Source: Macrostomum lignano
Taxonomy: Eukaryota
DNA length: 64,000 nucleotides
Assembly (NCBI GenBank): GCA_002269645.1
Contig: NIVC01002472.1
Coordinates: forward strand, 107,259 to 171,258
Reading direction: 5' to 3'
The position numbers and the translations under genes were made by a program. The notes below the pieces were generated by a model. The model did not search any database. It saw only the letters and a program-made list of their open reading frames with translations, and was not told the DNA's origin. Shown in pieces: positions 51,001 to 63,000 of this stretch (position 1 is the first letter of the stretch; each line of letters starts with the position of its first letter).

Positions 51001-54000
51001 AATGCGGCTAAAAACGGAACGTTGAAACTCTAGAGAGGCATCAGACAACAATCAAAGCGAATCGGATAAATGATTTTTCTCAAGCAAGAGAGCGGCACAA
51101 AGCTACGAGTACACAACAGCAATCACTCTTCTCCGACTACAAATGCATACCACTGCGTCTTCTGACTCCAAGTCTCTTGCGTCGTTGTCGCTGTGAACAA
51201 AGCCGCAGCCTTCGCTGCTGGCAACAGCGGGCGGCGGCGGGTTGCGGTCGCCGCCGTCATCGGGGATCGAGGGACTGGGCGGGATTTGGGAGGGTCTCTG
51301 CTGCTAACTCGCTCGGTCAAGCTCGGCATAAGCGAATCGGCGCCCATGCACTGATTTGAGCATTCGACATCAATGCTGAGAGGTTCATCAACGGCGACTG
51401 AAGTTCTGGCTGACGAAGGTTCATCCAACGGTAGCGCCGGTTGCTGCTCTTTGCTGTCGTTTTTGTCTAGCGAGCCTCGTGTGCCGATCAGATAGGCAGG
51501 ATCGATGCCGTGAAGAAAGCCGAGCTGCGCGGCCATGGAGAGCGGATAGGCGGGCCCGTGTGGTACGTGGAGCACTCCAGTGTTTGGATCCACTAGCTGA
51601 TCGTCAATAGCTTCTTGAAGTGTAATTCGCCGGCCTATTGGCGACTCCAGCGACAGAGTCACACCATTTGGATCAATAGCTCCCGTCTCGATTGCTTCCT
51701 TGAATGTCAGCGGCTTGCCGCCCACAACAACATGCGTGTCTTCACGGCACGGACTGGCAAGGCTGCTGTCGTCGTAGGAGATTCGATCATCTAGCAACGG
51801 TGACTTGCATGTTCGGGACTCAAGCGCTGGCTCTGGATAATCCGATGTGTACACTATGTCCATGGACATTGATCCTAGAGACATCAGCGAAGTGTCGTCG
51901 AGCGTTGGAGACGCTTCAGCTTGCTCAGCGTTCGATCGTCTTTGCTGAGGCAGATTCGCAGACTTCTTCGGCAGTGGAAACGACATCGATAGATCTTCGC
52001 TGCGCGGCGTGAAATTGCCAATAGAGTCGTCTTCTGTCTCCTCTTCGACCATTTCGATGGTTTCACTGTCGCTTGGAATGTTAATATTGTCGACAGAAGC
52101 TTCGTATTTTCGTCCGGTTGAACAAGCATATCCATGCTGAGGAGATTGCAACGCTGATTCTGGTTGGCCAGTGGTATGGAACTCCTGTTCAGGCGTTATT
52201 CGCATCGGCTCGGCCGCCTTGATTTCGATTTCTGTCACAGCCATGGGATGCTGAGTTGGCATAGACTGTTTTGTTGTTGCAAACTCCATCTGTTCTACTT
52301 GTTCTTCGTTTAGTTCAGCAACTTCCGGTTTAGGTGCAAATCCAGCTGTCTTTATGTCACTCTCGCATCTGAGGTGAACTGCGAGCACCAGTGTTTCTGA
52401 GTTTATCACCCTGATAGCATCCTTTGCTGCACGCCTAACTTCGCACACGAAATCAGTCCTCTTTAAATTTAAATCGCGTTCGTCCACTGTTTTTTCATCG
52501 CTCCCTAATTTATCTTTTGAATGAAAATCGGATGAAATCGGTTGATTTGCATCGTTTTCAGTTGAAGCCTCAGCTTGGCTATCGATGTGCAGAGACTGCT
52601 CAAACTCAACACTTGCACCATCAAGTTCAGTTTCCACTGGCGATTCAAAGCTTCTCTCCAGCTCGATTGCGGATTCAAGTCCGGATTCAGAGGGTTCTCA
52701 TTCAAACCTGTGCCCTTGGAGTCTGGAACCGAGCAAACTGAATCTCGGGAGTCCTTTCCAGAACTTCTCAGTTTAACTTCCAACACAGCTGTCTCTCGTT
52801 CAACCACATGAGGCGTTACGACGTCATGCCTATACCCGGAAGTGGCATCTCGATGGGAAAGGTTAGATCCTCTGCGACCAATGGACTCATTATCTTCCTC
52901 GAAAAGTACTTCGAAGTCACTTTCCGACTGGTTGAATGAAGGCTCGCGACTGTTCTGATGAGGCTGCAGTTGATTTTGCGAATCCGTACTTTTTCCTGAA
53001 TCATCAAAACTTTCATGCTTAATATTGATAGGCTGCGTAACTGACGTGACGGACGCATCGCCTGCTGTTGGATCTACCGACATCAAGTCTTTATCACTAG
53101 CTGAACTATCTGCATCTGGGTTTGTGTCATCATCAAGGTGCATTGAAATCTCCAGACTGGTTGTCTTTTCCGTTGCTTCTTCGCCGAGGCCTTCTGGTGT
53201 CGGTAGGTTGTCACTACGCTGTCTAACGTTTTCGGCATCAGCTGACTGATCAGGTATTTGCAGCGACACAGCAAGCACCACTGTCTCAGTATCCAGCGTA
53301 AAAGTACGATTTGCAAGCCCAGAAGTTTCAAGAACTGGTCTTCGGAACTCCTCAATCAAGCCTGCTTCGCCGGTTTCTTCCTCTTCAAATGGTGGCTCTA
53401 AGGAAATGCTGAGGGATTCGATGTCACTGTACCTGCTATCGGGCTTTTTCAAGGACTCAAAATCTTCATCAGATGGCACAGTTGCAGTGTCGAGAGATTG
53501 TGAATCTTCCCGCTGTTCATTCGAATCGAAATCTATTTCTTTTTCAAATTCACCTAAATGCACTTCAGCTTCGGGCTTAACACTTGTCAGATCGTCAGCA
53601 GCGATTTCACAAGAGCTTAATTCGTCAGACTGACCTTCGACTACTTTGCTGGAGCTTTCGGGGCATTTTGCAAACGCGTTTTCCTCATCGTCTGTCTTAT
53701 CATCGCGAAGCGTGACAGCCAGCCCATGATGTTCGATGTCCATTTTCATATGGACTCGCTGGACATCGGGACTTTCCTCGGAAATTTCCCTTGTCTCTTC
53801 CAGTGTCCCAAACGAGTTAAGTCGTTTTCTTTTCTGCAGACTATCGGATGTCAACGATCTACCGATTCTGTAGTCTTGGAATTCTTCAGGTTCATCCAGC
53901 TCCATCGAGATTGATATAATTTCGCTCTCTGTCACCTTAGACTCAACCTCAGCACCTCCAGCATTACTCAGCGAACTTTCGTGACGTAATCGTTGGTTGT

Positions 54001-57000
54001 CATTCTGGGGCTCATCGAGCTCGAGCGAAATCGAAATCGTTTCAAATTCTTTTTCCACTGCAGGGAACTCCTGATTATCAGCTGTCGGTTCCTCTCTGCT
54101 TGCAAGCTTGACTCCGCTTTCTGGCTGCTCGCTGCGGCTTGATGAGGGATGCAGATTCTTCAACGAATCAACTTGTCGTAAATTCTCGTTACTTGTGCCT
54201 AAAATAGGGACCTCAGAATCTTCTTGTTGCACGACTGCCATGTCATTCGAGTGAATGTCTTTTCCATTAGACACAACTTCATTAGGCCGGAGGTCTGGGT
54301 AGAACTCGGAATCCGCAGGACTGAAACCTCGACACGCAGGTTGGTCAAGGTCAGCTCGAGCTGTCAACTGTTGATTTTCTAGCCTTGATTTTTTGCTGAG
54401 AGATTCGCTGTTGGAATCAAGCTTATGGTCACCAGCAGACTCACTATGGTCCGGTTTTGAACAGTTAAACTCTTCCTGGCTTGGTTCAGACCCAAAGCTG
54501 TTGTCTTTTGAATCGGTCAGTTTATACACCTTGTCAGGTGCCTGTTGGCTTGATTTGAGAATGACTGTAGCATCGCTAGGACTTGACCCGGAGTCTGAGT
54601 CGTAGTCATCATCGTCAGCTTCCTGACGTAGCTGAGCTGCAAGCACGTGACTCGAGTCAAAACTGCTTTGTACAAGTGGCTCACACTCAGGCTCATTTGC
54701 TTCTATATCTTCAGTGTCAAACTGACTTTCCTCTGTTGTTTGAGAAACAGTATTTACGTCTTTTAGTCCTGCTGTGACGTCAGAATGCTTGCTCATTTTC
54801 TCCACAGCAGTTTCCGGGAAGTGTTTGGAGCCTGGCATCTGCTGACGTGAGGGACTGTGTTTCTTGAGACATTCTTCGCTAAGCAGATCAGTCGGCTCAC
54901 ATGATTTCGAAAGATGTTTTGAAGACGGTCTTTCCGCTTCTGTAGTACTTTCGAAACTTTTCGCAATCCCGATGGTTGGAAAACCAGATGGAGAGTCGCC
55001 TCTCTTGGAATCCTCGGTACTGTTGCCAGCTGATTCTCCTTCATTTGCACCGCTCTGCTTTGGAATCGGCTCAAAATGATTTGACGAAAGATCATTGCGC
55101 CGAAGGGACTCTGGAACTGGCACAGTTTCATTTGGCTCGGTAGAAGCCTGGTCAGGAAAGCCAGACAGAAGATTTTCATCATTCCTGCACAGTCGCACAG
55201 CTAGGACATAGGTTTCCGTCTCCGCAACACGCTGAAGAGGCGCTCTGTCTTCTGCTTTGCTTCTAATTTCCTTATCATCCGGGAAAGTAGCATAAAACTG
55301 TGAGGCCGTTGTTCGCATTTCGATTGGCTGATGCTCGTGATTATCTAGCGTTGATTTATGCACGTCTTGCTGGGTGTCTGAAACACTGGTGATATGAGGC
55401 GGGCCAATTAGTGATGAATCTTTAGATGAACTGTGAATAGATGAGCCGTCGTCCATCGCACTCTCAGCAGCTCGCTCACTTTCCTGTACTTTTCCAGATT
55501 CCTGGAATGGTTGACGGTTTTGATCAAGTTCCTCTTCCTGTTCAGCGTCACCGCCCAGCTTCTCTGCAGCGTCTGCGATTTCCGACTCTTCATCCTGGTG
55601 TCGATTAGACTGTAAAATTTGGTCAGTCTTTCCACTGAACTTTTGTGAGTCCGGCTCAACATCTTTGACGTCGGCTGACTGAGTGACACCAGAATCTGCA
55701 GCAAAACCAGTCGGCTCATTGATGTCACTCTCCAAGGCATTCTCTGTAGTTTCTTTGCGCTTATCGACATCCTCATTCCGGTTTCTAATTGGTTCAGAGT
55801 CTTCCTGCTCACTGAGCTGGCGAATACAATCAGAGTGAGAAGATTGCTCTGCCCCTGAACAAAGAACGTCATCGGCTGTGGTCTGTGCCTCCCAAGCCAT
55901 GCGCTTGAAGTGTTCGGCTGGATTTTTAATTACCACTGAAATGAACTCTTCGACTTCTTCAGAATCAGAAACTGACATTTGCTCGTCGTCATATTCGCGC
56001 ATTGGTTCACCAGCCTGCAGCTGTACTGCAAGAACGGCCGTCTCCGTATCAACAACAGTCTGAAAATTTTCAGGCAGATCATTCCTAAATGATTTCGCGC
56101 CTCGATCAGTTTCTGCAGCATCTGAAGGTGTGCGGTATTCCTTTGAATCCTTGCCAAATTGGTTACTTTCATCTGTGTCCTGAGAATTAAGCTTTGAAGG
56201 AAACTCCTGCAATCCAGCCGGTGATGATGCCTGAACGTTCACCCTCTCGGCCTTGCCCTCGTCACCCCAAAAGTCGAGGGTCTTTCCACCGTCACCTGAT
56301 TTTAGCTCATCGTCCAATTTGTCCTTGCGCTGTTCAAATGCGTCTCTCTCAGATTTGGCACCAATTGACGATTCGGATGCAGATTCATCATCATCAGCGA
56401 TTGGAGTTTCGCTCACCTCTCTAATCTCTTTCTTGTTGTCCATTCTGACTTTTTGCTGGATTTCTTCGAGAAAAGATACCAGCTCTTCTTCGCTGGCTGA
56501 TGGGCGGGGCGCATTATCTAATAAATTTTCTGAGTCGGCTGTTTGGGCATTCTCGCCATCATTGGCCGCAAAATTCGGCCTGTCAGGCTTATTCTTCATC
56601 AAATCATCTCTGTCTGCGGATTCGTGAGGCTTTGTGGAGTCCGGGTGTAGAGAAGGCTCGACATCGAGATACTTCTCGGCGGGTTCAGCTTGGTTATGAA
56701 GGATTTCTTCCGAAGCGTTGGAACTGACCGATTGGTCTTCATAGCGCTCTAGCTTGCCGGTCCTGGTGGTGGGCACCAAGTTGTCATCAGATTCATAAGG
56801 CTGATCTTTCAGGCTTGCAGACTCCGTACGAAGCTGCACAGCGAGAACTTGAAACTCGGAGTGTACAATTTTCTCGACACCTTTAACAGCTTTTATGGTA
56901 GGTTTCTCAGTGTCATTCGAGCTTTGGGATTTGGTTATTCTGCTTGGCTGTGTTTCCGTGGTGCTCTCGTTCTCATCTTTCAATGCGCTCACAAGCTTAA

Positions 57001-60000
57001 TTGAGTCTTTATTTTCACTCAAACTCTCAGCAGCTGGAATCGACTTTCGAGTTTGCTGCTCTTGTTTAAGAACAGATTCGCGCCTCTCCGTGTTGGCTAA
57101 CATCTCTGTTTCGGAAAAAGGTCGTTTCAAACGATACTCCGTGTCGCTAACGCCTTTATCAGGCTCGAACTCCAGACTGTCAGGCAGCTTGCGTTTACCA
57201 ACCGGCAGTGAGCTGACAGCTTCGGAGGGAAGGAACAGAGACTCTCCAGGCAGAATGCTGCCCATTTCTTGATCCGTTAGTTGATCCAGCGAGTCGCTTG
57301 TATCGCAAGGCTGCTCTTTTATCGTAGTCGTAGATGGCGACACTTCATGTTCAGCAGTTTTTGAGTTCAGAATAAATTTCGAGCTATCGATGTCTGCTGA
57401 CTCCGGACGGCTTGATCTGTCTCCAAGCTCGGCATTAGTCACACCAGCGCCCTCAAGAACAACATGGTCTGAAATCTTTGCTTTAGACAGCACAGGATAG
57501 CTGACAGCCGCTGCCAGCTGCACTGGCACCTCCTGAACCACGTGTCTGTTCGCCTGCACTGGCTCAGCATACGACGCACCAGAGGTGCAAGCCTCAACCA
57601 CTTCATCTTCTAACTCTACCAGCATGGAAACGTCTAGCTCAATCTGCTGACCGTGAATGACGTCCTCAAAGCAGACGCTCGAAGCGTCTGAACTTACTGA
57701 GATGTCCACGATTTCGTGGTCATCAGCTTCGGACTGCTGAGAATTGAAATCTGGGTCGTCGTCATGTTTCTTGGGCAGACTGCGCTCGATAGAGACGCGT
57801 TCACGACCTGACTGAATGGCATCAAAAGCCTTATCCACAGCTTCTTCTAAGCCTTGCTGCTTCTCAAAATCCACGTCCGCGCTCGACAGGCCTGATGGAG
57901 AAGCCGACTGACCGAGCGAGTTAGGCTTAGTCTGCAAGCCAGAGACTAAATGACTACCAGCATTCTGGGGCTGAGCATGTTGGTTAGAGCTTTGGTTAGG
58001 GGTTTGGAAGCTCGAGGTCTGCATGGGTGGCCGAACAAAAAAGGAAAAGTGTTAGATTTGTTATGTTTGAGAAAGCAACAAAACAAAAATAGTTGCGCAA
58101 GTAATATTGCAAGGTAAAACTGTAAAAGAAGCATTAGAAAATACTGATCAGCAGCTGCAATGCAATCCCTAAGACGTATTTTCGCTATGGCCAGAAATTT
58201 AGCGTATGTTCGCGCATTGGTTTTAGAAAAAAAATGACAAAAATAATTTGCTGGCCAAGCGTTCTTTAGCTACAGCGATCAAAGCTTCGTTATTATTCAC
58301 ACTCCGTGCGGTCCACTCGATAATCGGATGTGTGACTGAGGTGATCACGAGATCTGGTAGCTGATTTATAGTAAAAATCGCAATCAAAAACTTTAATCAA
58401 TCAAGTGGCTGTTAAATTTCAAATATTAGGTCCAATTTTGTTTCCTAAGTTATGTCCACTACGTAAGCCAAGCGAAAATCAGCGACACTCTTGCGCAACT
58501 TTTTTTTCAAAAAAGACTATTTTACCAACCTGATTTGGACTGCTCACTTGCAGCGCGTCTTTGACGGCGAGTTCAGACTGACCCGCGGCACCCAGAGACA
58601 GCTCTGGGATGCTTCCCGCCGCTGGTTTACCACTGGATACCCCCTCAGCCAAGTCCGGGACATTCAGTTCTGCAACAGTCTGTTCTGTTGAATCTGCTGC
58701 TTGACCCGATGTGTCCTGATCGGATGAAAAATCGTTGGCATGCTTTAAGAAGGCTCACCAGCACTATCTGCAGGTTTCTCTTTATCGATACCGCTAAAGC
58801 ATGGGATTGCTTGTTCCTCGACCAGCTGATGAGATTCCACAGATCGCGTAGGGAAGGCAGGTTGTTCCACCGGATCGTGTACGGCTGTCGATGAAAGCTT
58901 TGGATCCGCGACGCTTTGATCGTTTCTCTGTTGAACATCCGAATCACCGCTCAATATTGCTGGCTCAGCTCCAACTGAATGCACTGATGGCTGCAGCTCC
59001 AAATCAGACGGCTGCAATTCCGATTGGCCAGACCAGTTTGTGGAGATGATCAGAACCTAGATGACGGTTGGTTCTTCATGCTTTGATTTAGAAAGACTTG
59101 GCTGCTGTACTGATCCAGAAGGATCTACAGTTGACATCGATGCTGATCCAGGAAGGCCTATTAAAGGTTGGTGCTGCTGTTCTGATCCAGCAAGGCCTGT
59201 AGTTGGTTGTCGTTCTGATGCAGCAAGGCCTGTAGTTGGCTGCTGTTCTGATCCAGCGAGCTGGTAGTAGCTGCTGCCGTTGCTCAGATCCAGCAAGGCT
59301 GTTGAAGGCAGTGCTGTTCTGATCCAGCGACGCCTGTATGCTGCTGTTCCTCTGATCCAGCGACGCCTGTTAGTGGCTGTGTTCTGATCCAGCAAGGCCT
59401 GTAGTTGCTGCTGCTGTGTTCTGATCCAGCAAGGCCTGTAGTTGGCTGCTGTTCTGATCCAGCAAGGCCTGTAGTTTGCTGTTGTTCTGATCCAGCAAGG
59501 CCTGTAGTTGGCTGCTGCTTGTTCTGATCCAGCAAGGCCTGTAGTTGGCTGCTGCTGCTGTTCTGATCCAGCAAGGCCTGTAGTTGGCTGCTGTTTGATC
59601 TGATCCAGCGAGGCCTGAAGTTGGCTGCTGTTCTGATCCAGCAAGGCCTGTAGTTGGCTGCTGTTCTGATTTAGCGACGCCTGTAGCTGGCTGTTCCTCT
59701 GATCCTGCGAGGCGTAGGACTGTAGTTGGCTGCTGTTCTGATCCAGCGAAGCCTGTAGTTGGTTGTCGTTCTGATGCAGCAAGGCCTGTAGTTGGCTGTT
59801 GTTCTGATCCAGCGAGGACTGTAGTTGGCTGCTGTTCTGATCCAGCGAAGCCTGTAGTTGGCTGCTGTTCTGATCCAGCGGGCCTGTGGTTGCCTGCTGC
59901 TGTTGTTCTGATCCAGCAAGGCCTGTAGTTGGCTGCTGCCGTCTCAGATCCAGCGAGGCCTGTTGAAGGCTGTCGTTCTGATCTAGCGAGGCCTGTAGTT

Positions 60001-63000
60001 GGCTGCTGCTGTTGTTCTGATCCAGCAAGCCTATAGTTGGCTGCTGTCGTTGATCTAATTCAGCGAGGCCTGCTGAAGGCTGCTGTGTTCTGATCCAGCG
60101 ACGCCTGTAGTTGGCTGCTGTTCTGATCCAGCAGGGCCTGTAGTTGGCTGCTGCCGTTGCTCAGATCCAGCGAGGAATGTAGATGGCTGTTCCTCTAGTT
60201 CAGCGAGGCCTGTAGATGCCTGCTGCTGTTGTTCTGATCCAGCGAGCCTGTAGTTGGCTGCTGTTCTGTTGTGATCCAGCGAGGCCTGTAGTTTGCTGCT
60301 GCTGCTGTTCTGATCCAGCAAGACCTGTAGTTGGCTGCTGTTCTGATCCAGCAAGGCCTGTAGTTGGCTGCTGTTCTGATCCAGCGAGGACTGTAGTTGG
60401 CTGCTGTTCTGATCCAGCAAGGCCTGTAGTTGGCTGTTGTTCTGATCCAGCAAGGCCTGTAGTTGGCTGCTGTTCTGATCCAGCGAAGGCCTGTAGTTGG
60501 CTGCTGATCTGATCCAGCGACGCCTGTAGCTGGCTGTTCCTCTGATCCAGCGAGGCCTGTAGATGGCTGTTCCTCTAATTCAGCGAGGCCTGTAGATGAC
60601 TGCTGCTGTTTTTCTGATCCAGCGAAGCCTGTAGTTGGCTGCTGCTGTTGTTGTGATCCAGCGAGGCCTGTAGTTGGCTGCTGTTCTGATCCAGCAAGGC
60701 CTGTAGTTGGCTGCTGTTCTGATCCAGCGACGCCTGTAGTTGGCTGCTGTTCTAATCCAGAAAGGCCTGTAGTTGGCTGCTGCTGTTGTTCTGATCCAGC
60801 GAGGACTGTAGTTGGCTGTTGTTCTGATCCAGCAAGCCTGTAGTTGGCTGCTGTTCTGATCCAGCAAGCCTGTAGTTACTGCTGTCTGATCCAGCGAAGC
60901 CTGTAGCTGGCTGTTCCTCTGATCCAGCGAGGCCTGTAGATGGCTGTCGTTCTGATCCAGCAAGACCTGTAGTTGGCTGCTGTTCTGATCCAGCGACGCC
61001 TGTAGTTGGCTGCTGCTGTTCTGATCCAGCAAGGCCTGTAGTTGGCTGCTGCTGCTGTTCTGATCCAAAAAGGCCTGTAGTTAGCTGCTGATCTGATCCA
61101 GCGACGCCTGTAGCTGGCTGTTGTCTGATCCAGCTAGGCCTGTAGTTGGCTGTTGTTCTGATTCAGCGAGACCTGTAGTTGGCTGCTGCTGTTGTTCTGA
61201 TCCAGCGACGCCTGTAGTTGGCTGCTGCTGTTCTGATCCAGCAAGACCTGTAGTTGGCTGCTGTTCTGATCCAGCAAGGCCTGTAGTTGGCTGCTGCTGT
61301 TCTGATCCAGCGACGCTGTAGTTGGCTGCTGTTCTAATCCAGAAAAGCCTGTAGTTGGCTGTTGTTCTGATCCAGCGAGGCCTGTAGTTGGCTGCTGCTG
61401 TTGTTCTGATCCAGCAGGCCTGTAGTTGGCTGCTGCTGTTGTTTGATCCAGCGAGGCCTGTAGTTGCTGCTGTTCTGATCCAGCAAGGCCTGTAGATGGC
61501 TGCTGTTCTGATCCAGCAAGGCCTGTAGTTGGCTGCTGCTGCTGTTCTGATCCAGCAAGACCTGTAGTTGGCTGCTGTTCTGATCCAGCAAGGCCTGTAG
61601 TTGGCTGCTGTTCTGATCCAGCGACGCCTGTAGTTGGCTGCCGTTCTAATCCAGAAAGGCCTGTAGTTGGCTGCTGTTGTGTTCTGATCCAGCGAGGACT
61701 GTAGTTGGCTGTTGTTCTGATCCAGCAACGCTTGTAGTTGGCTGCTGTACTGATCCAGCAAGGTCTGTAGTTAGCTGCTGTTCTGATCCAGCGACGCCTG
61801 TAGTTGGCTGCTGTTCTGATCCAGAAAGGCCTGTAGTTGGCTGCTGCTGTTGTTCTGATCCAGCGAGGACTGTAGTTGGCTGTTGTTCTGATCCAGCAAC
61901 GCCTGTAGTTGGCTGCTGTACTGATCCAGCAAGGTCTGTAGTTAGCTGCTGATCTGATCCAGCGAGCCTGTAGCTGGCTGTTCCTCTGATCCAGCGGCCT
62001 GTAGATGGCTGTTGTTCTGATCCAGCAAGGCCTGTACTTGGCTGCTGCTGTTGTTCTGATCCAGCAAGACCTGTAGTTGGCTGCTGTTCTGATCCAGCGA
62101 CGCCTGTAGTTGGCTGCTGCTGTTCTGATCCAGCAAGGCCTGTAGTTGGCTGCTGCTGCTGTTCTGATCAGAAAGGCCTGTAGTTAGCTGCTGTTCTGAT
62201 CCAGCGAAGCCTGTAGTTGGCTGCTGTTTCTAATCCAGAAAAGCCTGTAGTTGGCTGTTGTTCTGATCCAGCGACGCCTGTAGTTGGCTGCTGCTGTTCT
62301 GATCCAGCAAGGCCTGTAGTTGGCTGCTGCTGCTGTTCTGATCCAGAAAGGCCTGTAGTTGGCTGCTGTTCTAATCCAGAAAAGCCTGTAGATGGCTGTT
62401 GTTGTGATCCAGCGAGGCCTGTAGTTCGCTGCTGTTCTGATCCAGCAAGGCCTGTAGATGGCTGCTGTTCTGATCCAGCAAGGGCCTGTAATTGGCTGCT
62501 GCTGTTGTTCTGATCCAACGAGGCCTGTAGTTGGCTGGCTGTTGTTCTGATCCAGCAAGGCCTGTAGTTGGCTGCTCTGCTGTTCTGATCCAGCAAGACC
62601 TGTAGTTGGCTGCTGTTCTGATCCAGCAAGGCCTGTAGTTGGCTGCTGTTCTGATCCAGCGACGCCTGTAGTTGGCTGCTTTTCTGATCCAGAAAGGCCT
62701 GTAGTTTGGCTGCTGCTGTTGTTCTGATCCAGCGAGGACTGTAGTTGGCTGTTGTTTTGATCCAGCAAGACCTGTAGTTGGCTGCTGTTCTGATCCAGCA
62801 AGGCCTGTAGTTGGCTGCTGTTCTGATCCAGCGACGCCTGTAGTTGGCTGCTTTTCTGATCCAGCAAGGCCTGTAGTTGGCTGCTGTTCTGATCCAGCGA
62901 CGCCTGTAGTTGGCTGCTTTTCTGATCCAGCAAGGCCTGTAGTTGGCTGCTGCTGTTGTTCTGATCCAGCAAGGCCTGTGGTTTGCTGCTTGCTGTTTTT

